From the NCBI RefSeq assembly GCF_009914755.1, contig NC_060926.1: DNA of 64,000 nucleotides, one strand, 5' to 3'. This stretch comes from the human T2T-CHM13v2.0 reference genome, Homo sapiens. The notes beneath the pieces were generated by a model. That model did no database searches. It was given only the letters and a program-made list of their open reading frames with translations, and was not told the DNA's origin. Below, piece after piece: positions 38,546 through 54,900 of this stretch (its first letter is position 1; the number at the start of each line of letters is the position of its first letter). The position numbers and the translations under genes are program-made.

Positions 38546-40115
38546 TTAAAATTTATCTCAGGTAACAGTTTTCTATTTTTCAATTTCACCTACATAATTA
38601 TTACTCTTTTAAGCTTTTTGCTTTGAATTTTTACGCATTAAGGAGACAGAGCAATGATTTTCACAAGCAAAGACCCATGTAACCATCCCACAGGTCAAGA
38701 AATAGAACAATTGCTGCATCTCCAATCCTACTTTTTCTGCCTGCCAGCCATTACCTCCTTTCCATCAGTTTCCCGTGGATGACATTATTCCTGATATTTG
38801 TGGGAATTACTTCCTTGCTTTTCATTATAGTTTTAACTTTAAATAATGTATCCTTATATGCAAAATATTGGTTTAGCCTGATTTTTAAATTAATGTACAT
38901 AATATTCATATGACACACATTCTTCAGTGTATGGTGTCCTTTTCTGAATGTATGTTTGTTTTTAAGTTTCTTTAATGTTTTTGTGTGGTTCATTAATTTT
39001 CATTGCTATATAGTATTCCATTGTATAGAAATACTACAGAATATTTATTCATTGTATTGTTGATGGACATTTGTGCTCTTTCTAGGTTTGGGCCATTACC
39101 CAAATGTAATGCTGCCATAAACATTCTTTTAAATGTGTTTTTGCTAAATATGTACATATATTTCTCTTGAATATATACTTAGCAATGGAATTTCTTAGTC
39201 ATATTGCATGCAATCTTTCAACTTTAGTAGATACTACCAGACAGTATTCCAAAGTAACTATACTAATTTCACTTCATTCATTAGTGTGTAAGAGTTTCCA
39301 TTGTTTCATCTTTACCAAAGATTAGTATAATCATTTCTTTTAATTTTAGCCATTCTGGTGAGAGTTTGGTTTACATTTTCTTGTTGATTAATATGATTAT
39401 GTCATGTAGCTTAATAGCCATGAACATATTATTGTCTATAAATTTCCTGTTCATATGTGTATTTTTCTATTGTGTTGATTTTTAAAATTGTTAATATTCG
39501 CAAGTTAGTTACACTAGATTAAGAGCCTCCCATCAGTTAAATATGCTGCAAAGTTCTCCTTTTCTATGATTTGGTTTTTCAATTTCTTAATGAGGTTTTT
39601 TTGATGTTCCTAATTTTAATTTTAATCATTATATCACCTCATTATGTTTATATCTTTCCACTTGCCTTCATTTTTGTGAGTGATGTGAGGTAGAAGTCAA
39701 GTTCTAGATATCCAGTTGTTATAGAATCATACTGGACAATTCTCTCCTTCGCCCACTGTTCTTTAATGTCATATTTACTATAAATTAAATTTCTATATAT
39801 GTCTGGGTCTTTTAGGAGCCAACTTCTATTTAATTGGATTATTAGTCTCTTCTTACCACTTATAACACTATTTTAACTATGGCTACTTTTTAAATATTCT
39901 TAATATCTATTAAAACAAGTTCTTCTACCACATGTTATTCAAAGGCATGTTGACTTTGCCTTCTTTCATGTAAATTTTAGAATTACTTTGTCAAGTTAAC
40001 AAGAATAATTGTTTAGATTTTAGTTAGAATTGCATTCAATCTATTGTTAAGTAAATTTTTAAAGAGCTGGTGTAATTACAATATTAACTGATTTCATTTA
40101 TGAACATAATATACA

Positions 40116-40987
40116 CAGCATTTCCTCCTTATTAACTGGGGACACATTCCAAGATCCCCAGTGGATGCCTGAAACTGCAAATAGTACTAAACCTTATATA
40201 TAGACTATGGTTTTTTCTATATATACATACCTCTGATAAAGTTTAATTTATAACTTAGGCACAGGAAGAAATTAACAACAACTAATAATAAAATAGAACA
40301 ATTATAACAATATACTGTAATAAAAGTTATGTGAATATAGTCTCCTTGTCTCTCAAAGTATGTTATTGTACTGTACTTAACCTGCTTCTTGTGATGATGT
40401 GAGATAATACAATGCCTACATGATGAGATGAAGTCTTGTGAATGATTTTGGTCATAACTTTCATAGTTTGAGGTGCAACAGCAAAACTAACATAAATCTC
40501 TTGTTCTTTCTTCACAATTTCAAGGACAGAAGAAGCATTCTTACCATAGAGCTTAGCAACGTGAGCAAACAACTTTTTCCCTTTATTATTTTCTTAAAGG
40601 AAACACTTTATGGCTTCTCTTTGGCATATTCAAATTGCCAACATCACCAGTCTTGTAATTTGGGTCCATTATTAAGTAATATAACGGTGACTTGAATACA
40701 AACACTGTGATAACTTTAGCAATCAATCTGATAACCGATATGGCTACTAAGTGGCTATTGGGTGGGTTGTGAATGTAGCATGAGGATGCTGGACAAAGGA
40801 ATGATTAAAGTCCTAGGAGGAATAGAGCAGAGCCGTGGGAAATTTCATCAAGCTACACAGAACAGCACACCATTTAAAATTATAAATTGTTTATTTCTGG
40901 AATTTTCCATTTAATATTTTTGGACCACAGTTGACGATGAGTAACTGGAACCATGGAAGGCAAAACCATAAGTAAGGGGGGACTTAT
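40116..40987 (-). mobile_element. MER44/Tigger7-family (TcMar-Tigger) deletion derivative with a transposase N-terminal remnant
   Basis: TIR-like ends CAG..T.CC.CCTTAT / TAAGGGGGGACT. ORF 40363..40572 (VAKLYGKNASSVLEIVKKEQEI..SFAVAPQT) resembles the CENP-B-type HTH of Tigger transposases. Confidence 0.85.
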
Positions 40988-41057
40988 TTATTTTGATCTT
41001 TTAGTTTCTCTTAATCCCATGTCTGGTTGTTTTTTTTTAATGTTGAGTTCAAGCTAA

Positions 41058-42105
<1,048 letters not shown>

Positions 42106-42142
42106 TTAATTTGTGCCTAGAAGTTTAATGCAGTTTAATATT

Positions 42143-42236
42143 AAGATTATATATATACACACACACATATAATTATATACATATGTATCATATACATATA
42201 ATTACATACATAATAATACATACATATTATATACAC
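42143..42236. repeat. AT/CA-rich low-complexity repeat at the L1 tail
   Basis: Direct reading. Confidence 0.85.
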
Positions 42237-45200
42237 TTTTTTAACTTTTATTTTAGGTTTAGGGGTACATGAGCAGGTTTGTTATGTAGGTAAACTTGTG
42301 TCATGGGGGTTTGTTGTACAGATTATTTTGTCACTCGAATACTAAGCCTCGTACCTAATGGTTATTTTTTTCTGTTCCTCTACCTCCTGCCACCCTCTAT
42401 CCTAAGGTAGAGTTCATTGTCTGTTTTTCCCTTCTTTGTGTCCATGTGTTCTGATCACTTAGCCTCCACTTACAAATGAGAACATGTGGTATTTGTTTTC
42501 TGTTCCTGCCTTGGTTTGCTAAGGATGATGGCCTCCAGCTCCATCCATGTTACTGCAAAGGATATGATCTAATTTTTTTGTGTGTGTGGCTGTATAGTTT
42601 TCCATAGTGTATATGTGCCACATTTTCTTTATCCATTCTACCATTGATGGGCATTTAGGTTGATTCCATATCTTTGTCATTGTGAATAGTGCTGCAATTA
42701 ACATATGTGTGCATGTGTCTTTATGGTAGGATAATTTATATTCCTTTATGTATATACCCAGTAATGGGATTGCTGGGTTGAATGGTAATTTTGTTTTTAA
42801 CTCTTTGAGGAATCATGACATTGCTTTCCACAATAGTTGAACTAATTTACACTCCCACCAGCAAGCAGTGTGTAAGTGTTCCCTTTCGCCACAACCTTGT
42901 CTGTTCTGTTATTTGACTTTTTCATAATAGCCATTCTGACTGGTGTAAGATGGTATCTCATGGTGGTTTTGGTTTCCATTTCTCTAATGATCAGTGATAG
43001 TGAGCTTTTTCATGTGATTGTTTGCCACATTTATGAAAAGTGTTGGTTCATGTCCTCCGCCCACTGTTTAATGGGGTTGTTTACTTTTTCATTGTAATTT
43101 AAGTTCCTTATAGATGCTGGATATTAGAGCTTTGTCAGATGCATAGTTTGCATATATATTTCCCATTCTATAGGTTGTCTGCTTACTCTGTTGATAGTTT
43201 CTTTTGCTGCACAGAAGCTCTTCAGTTGAGTTAGATCCCATTTGTCAATTTTTGCTTTTGTTGCAATTGCTTTTGGTGTTTTTGTCGTGAAACCTTTAAC
43301 AGGTTCTTCATCCAGAATGGTATTTTCTAGGTTGTCTTCCAGAGTTTTTATAGTTTTGGGTTTTACATTTAAGTCTTTAATCCATCTTGAGTTGATTTTT
43401 CTATGTGGTATAAAGAAGGAGTCCAGTTTCAATCTTCTGCATATGGCTAGCCTGTTATCCAAGCACACTCCCATTGAATAGGGAGTCCATTCCTCATTGC
43501 TTTCTTTTGTTGACTTTGTGGAAGACCAGATGGTTGTAGGTGTGCAGCCTTAATTCTGGGCTCTCTATTCTATTCCATTGGCCTATATGTCTGCCTTTGT
43601 ACCAGTACCATGCCATTTTTTTATTGTAGCTCTGTAGTATAGTTTGAAGTTGGTAACATAATGCGTCCAACTTTGTTCTTTTTGCTGAGATATCTTGCCT
43701 TGGATATTTGGGCTCTTTTTTGGTTCCATATGAATTTTAAAATATATTTTTCTAGTTCTGCCAATAATGTTATTTATAGTTTGATAGGGATAGCATTGAA
43801 TCTATAAATTGCTTTGGGCAGTATGGCCATTTTAATGATATTGATTCCTCCTATCCATGAGATCCATGAACATGGAGTGTTTTTCTATTTGTTTGTGTCA
43901 TCTCTGATTGCTTTGAGCAGTGTTTTGTGATTCTCATTGTAGAGATCTTTCACCTCCCTGGTTAACTATATTCCTAGGTATTTTGTCACAGTTGTGAATG
44001 GGATTGCTTTCCTGACTTGGTTCTCAGCTTGGCTGTCATTGCCATATAGGATTTTTAATGTGATTTTTGTACATTTTTTGCTAGTTTGTACAGATTTTGC
44101 TAGTAATTTTTGTAAATTGACTTTTTATCCTGAAACTTTGCTGAGGTTTATCAGTTTAAGGAGCTTTCAAGCTGAGATTGTGGGGTTTTCTAGATACAGA
44201 AACACATCATCTGCAAACAGGAATAGTTTGACTCCCTTTCTTTCTGTATGTATATGCTTTATTTCTTTCTCTTGATGGATCTCTGTGGCCAGGACTTTCA
44301 ATACTATGTTTAATAGGAGTGGTGAGAGGGGGCATCCTTGTCTTGTGTGGCTTTTCAAGGGTAATGCTTTTGCCCATTTATGTGATGTTTGCTGTGGTTT
44401 TGTCATAGATGGCTCTTACTATTTTGAGGTATGTTCCTTCAATATGTAGCTTGTTGAGAGTTTTTAACATGAAGGGATGTTGAATTTTGTCAAACATCTT
44501 TTCAGCTTCTATTGCAATAAACATGTGGTTTTGACTTTTACCTCTGTTTTTGTAATGAATTACATTTATTGATTTGCATATGTTGAATCAACCTTGCATT
44601 CCAGGGATAAAGCCTACTTGATCATGGTGGATTAGCTTTTTGATGGCACTGCTGGATTTGGTTTGCTGGTATTTTGTTGAGGATTTTTTAATCTATCCTC
44701 ATCAAGAATTTTGGCCTGAAGTTTTCTCTTTTGGTTGTGTCACTGCAAGGTTTTGGTATCAGGATGATGCTGGCCTCATAGAATGAGTTGGGGAGGAGTC
44801 CCTCTTCCTCATTTTTTTGGAATAATTGCAGTAGGAATGGTACCAGCCCTTCTTTGTATGTCTGGTAGACTTTGTCGGTGAATCCTTCTGGCCCTGGCTA
44901 GGCTTTTTTTTTTTTGGTTGGTAGACTATTTATTACTGATTCAATTTCAGAATTCATTATTGGTCTGTTCATGGATTCAGTTTCTTCCTGGTTTAGTCGT
45001 GGGAGGGTATATGTGCTCAGGTATCTATCCATTTCATGTTGATTTTTGAGTTTGTGTGAATAGAGGTATTCGTAGTAGTCTCTGATGGTTATATATGTGT
45101 GTTTCTGTAGGGATAGTGGTTATTGCCTTTGTCATTTCTGATTGTGTTTATCTTCTATCTTTTTCTCTTTATTAGCCTAGCTAGTTTCTATCCATCTTTT

Positions 45201-48200
45201 TAATTTTCTCAAAATGCCAACTCCTGGATTCATTGATCTTTTGAATGGTTTTTTTATGTGTCAATCTCTTTCAGTTCAGCATTGATTATGGTTGTTTCTG
45301 GTCTTCTGCTAGCTTTGGAGTTGATTTCTTCTTGCTTCTCTACTTCTTTTATTTGTGATGGTGGGTTGTTAATTTGAGATCTTTCTAAGTTTTTGATGTG
45401 GGCATTTTGTGCTTCAAATTTTCATCTTAACACCGCCTTATCTGTGTCCCAGAGATCCTAGTACGTTGTAGCTTTGTTCTTATTAGTTTCAAAGACCTTC
45501 TTGATTTCTGTCTTAATTTCATTATTTACCCCAAATCATTCTGAAGCAGGTTAATTTCCATGTAATTGTATGGTTTTGAGTGATTTTCTTGAATTCTCTT
45601 TTTCTGTGTGCTGTTGTCTGAGAGAGTAGTTGCTATGATTTCAGTTCTTTTGCATTTGCTGATTGTTTTATGTCCTATTGTGTGGTTGATTTTAGTGTAT
45701 TTGCCATGTGGCAATGAGAATAATGTATATTCTGTTGTTTTTGGATGGAGAGTCCTATAGGTATCTATCAGGTCCATTTGGTCCTTTTGAGTTCAAGTCC
45801 TAAATGTCTTTGCTAACTTTCCGCCTTGATGATCTGTCCAGTACTGTCAGTGGAGTGTTGAAATCTCCCACTATTATTGCATGGAAGTCGAAATTTCCTT
45901 GAAGGTCACTAAGAACTTCCTTTGTGAATCTGGATGCTTCTCAGTTGGGTGTATATACGTTTAGAATAGTCAGGTCTTGTCAACCTGAATCCTTTACCAT
46001 TATGTAATGCCCTCTTTTGATCTTTGTTGATTTAAAGTCTGCTTTGCCTAAAATTAGGATTGTAACCCTAGTGTTTTTATGTTTTCCATTTGCTTGGTAG
46101 ACATTTCCCCATCCCTTAATTTTGAGCCTGTGAGTGTCATTGTATGTGTGATAGGTCTCTTGAAGACAGCATACCACTGAGTCTTGCTTCTTTATTCACC
46201 TTGCCACTCTGTGTCTTTTACTTGGAGCATTTAGCTTCTTATATTCAATGTTAGCATTGATATGTGTGGATTTGACCCTGTCGCAGTGTTTTTAGCTAGT
46301 TTTTATGCAGATTTGTTTTTATAGTTACTTTATAGTGCCACTTGTCTGTGTACTTAAATGTGTTTCTGTAGCGGCTGGTAACAGTCTTTCCTTTCCATAT
46401 TTAGTGCTTTTTTCAGGAGCTCTTATAAGCGAGTTTGGTGGTAATGATTTCCCTTAGCATTTGCCTGTCTGAAAAGCATCTTATTTCTCCTTCGCTTATG
46501 AAGCTTAGTTTGTTTGTATATGAAATTCTTGGTCAGAATTTATCTTTTTGTAAGAATGTTGAATATAGACCCCCAATCTCTTCTTGCTTGTAGTGCTGTT
46601 TCTGAGAAGTTGGCTGTTAGTCTGATGGGCTTCCTTTTGTGGGTGACCTGTCCTTTGTCTCTTGGTGCCTTTATCATTTTTTATTTCAGCCTTGGAGAAT
46701 ATGATGATTATGTGTCTTGGGGATGGTCTTCCTGTGAAGTATTTTGTGGGGGTTCTCTGCATTTCCTGAATTTGAATGTTGGCCTCCTTGGCTAGATAGG
46801 GGAAATTCTTATGGATGATAACCTGAATCATGCTTCCCAAGTTGCTTCCATTCTGCTTATCTCTTTCAGGGATGTCAATGTCATAGATTTGGTCTCTTTA
46901 TATAATCCCATATTTCTCTGAGGTTTGGTTTGTTCCTTTTTATTCTTTTTTCTTTATTCTTGTCTGACTGTATTATTTCAGAAAGTCAGTATTCAGGCTC
47001 TGAAATTCTTTACTCAGCTTGGTCTAATCTGTTGCTTTTACTTGCTATTGCGTTATGAAATTCTTGTAGTGTTTTTTTCAGCTCTATAAGGTCAGCTTCA
47101 TGCTTTTCTATACTGGCTATTTTGTCTATCAGATTCTGTGTCATTTTATTATGATTCTTAGTTTCCTTAGATTGGGTTTCAGTGTTTTCATGAATCTTGA
47201 AAATCTTCATTCTTATCCTTATTCTGAATTCTATTTCTGTCATTTCAGCCATCTGACCTCAGTTAACAACTCTTCTTGGAGAACTAGGGTGGTCATTTGG
47301 AGAAAAGAAGACACTCTTGCTTTTTTTGAGCTGTCAGAGTTCTTGTGCTGGTTCTTTCTCATCTTTGTGGGTCTGCTGTTCCTTCAGTATTTGAAGTTCC
47401 TATCATTTAGATGTTTTTTTTTTCTTTTATCCTATTTAATGACCTTGGGGGTTTAATTGTGGTATAAGGTGTATTCAGTCAATTGGATTCATTTCTGCAA
47501 GATTTTAGGGAGTCAAGGCTTAGCTCAGGACTCCCGGACTGTGTTTTCTAATTCTGGGTGACTCTTATTGGGCACTGGCTTTGTTTTCTGGCCCCTCATG
47601 GTTAGGAACCTGTTGCACAGGATAGGCTGAAATGTTCCTGAACTGCTGGTCACAATACTTGTATGCATGGTGCCAGCCAAAGCTCTTTGTAGGGCAGTGG
47701 CAGTGGAATCTATCCTCATTTGCATGTGCTAGCAACAGTGGCAGCAGCAGCATGGCCAAGTGCACACTTGTCAGCTGTGGCAGGGTGGTAGTGGGTGCTG
47801 GGTAGCCAGCAGGTGTTTGCAGCAGTGGTGATGGCAGTATTACTCAGGGAGACAGGGGTCCTCCACTGGCAACTGTGCATGTGTTTATGCCAGTGTTGGT
47901 GTTAGCATGGTGGTGGGGGTGCTGGTGGGCGCAGGACTGTGCATGCCCTCTATGCATGTTCACACTGGTGGTGGTGGCTGCCTAGGTTGTGGGCAAGCTG
48001 TCTGTTTTCCCTGCCTAGTTTCACTTTGGCAGCAGTGTCAGTGCAAGTGGTGGGTGCTGCTGGCAGCAGGGCAGGCGGCTTTCATGCCTGCCAATGCTCT
48101 GAGGACAATGGCAATGTGACAGGTGGGGTGGGGGGCAGCATGCATCCATGTCAACAGCAGTGGTATAGCAGGGTGCGTGCACACACATATGGTGGCAGGG

Positions 48201-48761
48201 AAAGGAAGGGAAGGTTTGTCTGTGCACACATGTCCTGTCTCATGGGCAAAACAGCCCTTCAGAGTTCAGGTTGGACAGTTCCCCTAAGGCTAAAGTCTCC
48301 TATGGAAGCAAGTTGAGCCCAGGGGAATGGGCAGCCCTGACCATGCTCCGCTACAGACACTCCAACACCAAATCCTCTGGGCTCTGCATTGGCTGGAGTT
48401 CTGGCTCTAACACTTTTCTAAGTTACTCTTTCTGCCAACTGAAGTGTCCATGGTGGTAGAGGGGTTTCCTACTGCTGGGATTCCAGAGGGCTGTGATGAG
48501 AGCAGCTTGCTCCTTGTGTGTTCAACTCCTACTTTCTGCAGGAGTTCTTCGGGGCCAGGAATAAGTCCTGGTGAACGGCAGTCCCATGCAGGGTGCCCAG
48601 TCCCCTCTCCCTTCAGTCCAGCATCTGTGTCTTCCCTCCATCTGTTCTCAATGCCTTGCCTCTGAAGATATGCTCAGAGGACTCCAGTCTTTCTGATGTT
48701 CTGGTCCCTTGGAGGGAGATGTTCCTCCTAGCTGTGTCTAGTTGGCCATCTTGGGGTAGGC
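42237..48761 (-). mobile_element. Full-length degenerate L1 (L1PA13-16 age, ~6.5 kb)
   Basis: 5' end CCAAGATGGCCAACTAGACACAGC on the minus strand and a GC-richer 5'UTR at 47.5-48.75 kb. ORF1 remnants at 46505-47252, endonuclease remnant (CCLQET..) at 45980-46177, RT remnant ([16 protein letters not shown]) at 44167-44406, then the 3'UTR. Many stops and frameshifts. Confidence 0.95.
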
Positions 48762-49102
48762 AAGATATATCTTAAAAAATTATTTTCTCTTTGTTCCTTG
48801 TATAAAAATACATGTTTAAATATCGCCCTTGCATATAGTAGATTGTAAACTCATTAATTCTAGTGTGTTTTTCAGTGCATTATTTTGAATTTTCTATGTA
48901 AACATCCATGTTGTCTGTGAAGAAAGATAGTATTACTTAACACTTTCAAAATCTTATAGCTTTATTGTATTTTCTGTGTCTTATTGACTTGGCTAGAATG
49001 TCCAGAACAATGCTGAATGAACACAGGAAGAATGAACATTCTGCTCTTGTTCACAAATCAAAGAGAACACTGTCCATCATTTTACTGTTAAGAATGATGT
49101 CC

Positions 49103-49339
49103 TTGAGGTCAGGAGTTCGAGACCAGTCTGGCCAACACAGTGAAACCCCGTCTCTACTAAAAATACAAAAAACTAGTCGAGTGTGGTGGTGTGTGCCTGT
49201 AGTCCCAGCTACCTGGGAGGCTGAAGCAGGAGAATCATATGAGCCCAGGAGGCAAAGTTACAGTGAGCTGAGATCACGCCATTGCACTCCAGCCTGGGCA
49301 AAAGTGCGAGTCTCCGTCTCAAAAAAAGAAAAAAAAAAA
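49103..49339 (+). mobile_element. AluS, 5'-truncated
   Basis: Starts TTGAGGTCAGGAGTTCGAGACCAG; the right arm and A tail are present. Confidence 0.92.
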
Positions 49340-50529
49340 GATGTTTGCTGTATTATTTTGAGAAAATAGCATATATTTGATTGAGAGAATCTAGTTTTAT
49401 TCTGATTTTGTTAGGATTCTTAATTATAGTTAGGTTTTTAATTTTTATCAAATGCTTCTGCCTGTATTGAGATTTTCAAATTATCTCAAACCTATTGAGA
49501 TTATCAAATTATCTCTTTTACTTTCTTATCCGATGATTTATATTGATATTATTCCACCCCCCAACCCCCGACAGGCTTCTTTGCTTAGTATGGTACCTGG
49601 GGCACATGATAGTTTTTTCAGTGTTTTTTTTCCAACCCTTTCCGTCTTCCTTGCATGTTTGCATAGGGGAGGAAACCTCTTATTACATTCTGGACAATCC
49701 TCCAGTGGTAAATTGCTGTTGCATACTAATATACTACTCCTGGTGGGGGACAGGAGGGTGCCTGGATCCTGTTCTCCAGTCTTTATCTTAGACATGGCCT
49801 GTGCACCTGTGCCTTAGATGTATGGCTCTTACACAATACCTACCCATTCCTCCCATGGGGCCCAAGCTCCTCCTGGAGTCTGTGGGATTCATGAGTGGGA
49901 GAGGTGTCCTGCTCTTCCCCCAGTGTTAGCAGACCTCTGTTTTATGTTAGCTTAAGATTCTGGGCACAAGAAAGTTACCTGCCCATTCAGCAAGGTTTGA
50001 TGGATCATTCTACCCCTTCCTGAGAAACTATAGCTCTTTTCCAGGGTGTTGGGAATATGAGGATTTTTTTCACCCTAAAAGGCTAAATTTTGCTTTGTAT
50101 TAGAGAAAATTTTGGGGAATTGGTAAGGATTTTGTGACTTTATACCTCCAAAGAGTTCTCACTGGTCTCTACTCTGGACTGAATCTTTCCTCATAAAGAA
50201 GTTTATGAATGAACACATGTTTATTTGTATATAGGGGATTCCTGGGTGTCTACACTGTTCTGTTGGCCAATTCTGATCCTTAAGTATTTGTTACACTTTT
50301 AGCTGTTTTCTTCTTACCTACTTTCATGGTGACTACCTCATTCTCTCTTATTCTGTTAAAAGTGAAATAGTTCATATGTCCTGTCACTCCTCAGAGTGGC
50401 TGTTACCCTCTGAAATTTTGTTCATCTCTTTGCCTGGTGACCCCTGCCCTCTGCATAGAGGAAGCCTGATCATTATCATCATGGGCTGAAATTATAGCTC
50501 CTAGATCATTAGGAATCTAGTCTTCTTTT

Positions 50530-50860
50530 GTAGTTCTTTTCCCAGTCTTAGCTACATAACTTCATCCACAAGAGTTTTCCAGTAGTTTGAGATGACTTCT
50601 GCAGCCTAGCCATCACATTTGTGTTCTATGCAGCAAGAATGAAAAAAAAATGCAATGACAAATGAGGCATGCAGCCAGGTGATTTACCCCTCATCAAAGA
50701 GATTACCTGGAAACTCTTTCTTATATTTTCTACCTACCCATCATTACTCTTAGTTGTAAAGGAGACTGTTGCACGTAGTGTTGTAGCTGCACACACAACT
50801 GTTTTGTTGGTTACCTAGTAAGGATGAAGGGAAAGATAGATATTTAGTAAGCTCTTAGTG
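50530..50860 (-). mobile_element. Possible old MLT1 (J/K/L-like) LTR fragment
   Basis: AGATGACTTCTGCAGC..AGCCATCACAT, CTTAGTTGTAAAGGAGACTG and GAAGGGAAAGATAGATATT. Confidence 0.45.
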
Positions 50861-50908
50861 GTCATAGTCACAAGGAGAGGATAGGAATTACATTGAGGTA
50901 ATCTGATC

Positions 50909-51297
<389 letters not shown>

Positions 51298-51314
51298 TAA
51301 TCCGATTTTTGAGG

Positions 51315-51545
51315 CAGGATGGAGTGAGTTAAAATGCACAGGTTCTAACATCATACAGAACTAGATTCTGATCTCAGTTCAGCAAATACTAGCTGTGATA
51401 CCTTGAGCAAGGTTTTTATTTGGTTATACCTCCTCAGCTGTAAAAGGGCATGATATAACTGTGTTTAAATGTTTCGGTGTGGATAGAATATGATAATATA
51501 TTCAAAGGGTTCATTGCATAGGAAATAGTCAAGAAATGGTATATT
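51315..51545 (+). mobile_element. MIR
   Basis: CTAGCTGTGA.ACCTTGAGCAAG, CCTCAGCTGTAAAAGGG and GATAATATAT..AAAG. Confidence 0.65.
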
Positions 51546-53319
51546 TAGTTTACCTATCTTATATTAGCATAAATTCAGTTTAAGAGAGGACGGTGTCTAT
51601 AAATGACTAATACAGATTGATAGAGTACAAAGGCAACTAACCTTGTTTCTCTTGAGTAGAGCTTTACCTTTTAGATGGGATTGAGTCTCAATTTCTGTTC
51701 TTTGATGTATAATTTCTATACTTTGAATTAAACTGAAAGATTGCTCAAAGTTAAGGTCTATGATAGCAGCACTTTATGTAATGTCAAACCAAGAAATAGA
51801 TAAGAATTTAAAGGTTTCTCTTTAACCTTTGCCATTGGTAAGTTATGAAACTGACGAAAGAAATTATACACCTCTGGGCCTCAGTTTATTCAGCTGACAA
51901 ATCACTTAGTTGATGAGATGACCTCTACCACCTATTTAACAGCTTTAAAACACCGTAATTCTGTGCATTTTTTTTTTTGCCTAACACAGATTCTTTTGCC
52001 AAAAGAAATATCCTTGTCTCTGTTTGTGTCTGTGTGTATGTATTTATTCATATTGCCATCATCTTTAAAATATCTTGAATATACCATATGTGTATTAAGA
52101 TGTGTAAAGTACACTAATATTAAATATATGGATTGATGGGTTTTTACATAGTTATATGCCTGCATTACTGCTACCTATAGCAGTAATATAGAATCAGGAA
52201 CACATAGAATATTTCTAACCCCCAATAACTTCCCTTTACATCTCTTCCCCATCAATAACCTTCTGGTTTTTATTATTTTTTATTTTGACTTTATGATAAT
52301 ATAATTTGAAAAAGGTATGCAGTATTTTGAGGGGTAATTCAAACTTAAAAATTTTTCTAGAAGTATTAACAATTATGATAAAACCAAAAACGTCTAAATA
52401 ATGCTGAAAAGTGCAATAAACTATAACAATGATGTTATAAGTAATAAACTTAATTGCACATCCACTGGAATGAAACAGAATTGCAGTGTGAAAAATCTCT
52501 TAAAATTCTATCCAAATCTCCCACCTGTAAGCCAAAAAATAGAGCTACCACACAGGCTGGTGAGTATTCTATCAGTCATGTTGCCAGGCAACCTTAGTCA
52601 GTATGAGAGACACCCAATTGAGCAGCCTTGGAGTCAAACTAAAAGGTATCTTGGAAACAAGGGTTCAACTGATAGAGAGGGAGGATAGAAGCAGAGAGAG
52701 AGAGAAAAAAGAGGCAGAATGTCAATTAGGCAGTTATCTGTGTTAATCATGACCACAGTTTTTTTTTTTTCTAGTAAAATGCAGCTAGCTTACAGCAAAA
52801 TTACTTGGATTTCTACTTCCTTCTCTCTGTTTTCTCCTGCATGTACACATGTGTGAGTGCAGAGGTTTGGCAAGATGTATCATCATTACTTTTTTGGAGA
52901 GAAGGATGTTCAAAAGCATTTTTAGCATACTCAAAACATGTTAACTAGGAGTTCATTGAGATTTTATTAATTCAGGATTATGTTTGATTCAGCCATGTTT
53001 AAAATAATTAATCTGATTTTTAAATTGAAATACTGTGTTTGAAAAATTGGGAATACAAAGTAAAAATATCTGTCTACCACTTGAACTGAAATCCTTGGAA
53101 GGTAAAAGAAATGGAAAGGGAGATGCTCCTAATTCTCTCTGGGTGAACTTCGGTAGAGATAACATACACCAATCAAACAGGGTGAGAATTTGGGATGACA
53201 AAGTCAAGTAAGCCCTTGACTCTGCAAAGCAACTCTTAATGTGGTTTTCTAGAGCGGTATCTTCCATTTCCCACAGTTTCATTTTCATAGCCAACCTTTG
53301 CTACTCCCCTATGCTCTAA

Positions 53320-54230
53320 CCCACCACCACTCTTCTCCCTTCCTTCTTAACAGATCATGTGCAGAGAAAATAGCATCTGTGAGACAGGAAATTTTGAGAT
53401 TCCTACTAACTTACCAGTGTCCCTAAATCCTTTTATTCTCCCCTTCTATTGATGCCTCTTCCTCTATAAACCAATTCTTTCATCAGTGCTCTGGATCCTA
53501 CAGCTATCTGTGCATGTTCTAAGGGTGATAGTTCAAATGAATATTTTCATTTTGCATGTTCAACCTTGTCCCTTTCTCCTGATTCCTTCCTCTTGGCATT
53601 AAACATGTAAAAATATCTTTCCCCTTAAAACCAAAAATGCATTTGTGCATAAATCTTCACCTTATTTCAAGTCCATTATTAGCTACACTGTAACTATTAC
53701 CTCTACTCATAGCTAAATGTCTCCAAGATTTTTCAATATTTTGTGTCACATTCATTCACACCTCAACACACTGAGGCTTTCCTTGTCTGGTTGTCTGAAG
53801 CTGCTTCAAGCTCACCAAAGTTAGTTGTGTGACTTATATTGCATATAGAATATACTTCTTTGCTCCCTTAGCACAATTTTGTACTATTGATCATTCATTC
53901 TATTTCAGAATATTATTTTTTGATGAAATCTATATTATTGTACTTCTGTCTTTCTCCTCCCTTGATAGCATTACCCAATCTCATTTGTGTGCTTATCTTT
54001 CTTAAAATACATATTCTACAAGATTCTTTATGGCACCCTCATTTTCTATCATACTTAGATTCTCACTGAACAAATTTTATCAACTTCCATGTCTTCAATT
54101 TCCATTGACTTGCTGACTCCCTCATCTTTACCTCTTCTGATATTCAGTCCCTATACTCACCTGTCTTCTAGGCAGCTCTGCTTGTATATCCCATATGAAA
54201 TTCAAAAATTATTAAAATCTACCAGCAGAT
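53320..54230 (+). mobile_element. L2 ORF2-end remnant
   Basis: Pyrimidine-rich strand with GTGCTCTGGATCC, TTGATCATTC and CTCACCTGTCTTCTAGGCAGCTC.GCTTG.ATATCCC. Confidence 0.55.
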
Positions 54231-54804
54231 TTGTGAATACCACTATTTTTTCTGTTATAAATAATTAAAATATATGTGATATTGATATATATAAACAACA
54301 AAATGAAAATAATAAAATTAATGTTCTTAACAATGATGCAGACCCCAGAAACTTTAATCTTGAGCAGGCCTTTGATTTTATTTAGAACTTCTAGATTATA
54401 AACCGTGAGGCAAGGTGTCTCAAGCACCTAATGTGGGCTAGGGTTGGGAGCATATTATGTACTCAAAAATTATTTGGGAAATAAATAAAATAAATAGCTT
54501 AATATTTGAATGAATCTTAAAGGATTTTCTTTTTCCAAGTTGTGTTAACAAATTATTTTGCTCATCCTAATATTGATTACAATAATAGCAATGGCTAACA
54601 TGTACTGATTAATTACATTGTGCCAGTTCCTCTGATTGTCATTTCATATATAATCTTTACCAGAATTCTATAAGTAGATATAATTCTTATTGCTAGGTTA
54701 TAAACACGGGAACAACTGGAGTTAACTGGGCAAATTAACCTCTTCAGTATCTTCAAACTGAATGTGTATAGGGGTTGGACTTGAATCAACATTGTCTAAT
54801 ACCC

Positions 54805-54900
54805 CATTATATATAATACAGTTATATTATATATATTATAATATATAACAGTTATATATATTATATATAGCTAAATATAATTATATATATTTATATATGA
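54805..54900. repeat. (TA)-rich low-complexity repeat
   Basis: Direct reading. Confidence 0.85.

Noticed and set aside
40363-40572. Transposase-like ORF as a domesticated Tigger gene
   Set aside because: Only a short N-terminal remnant inside an internally deleted element, with no DDE domain.
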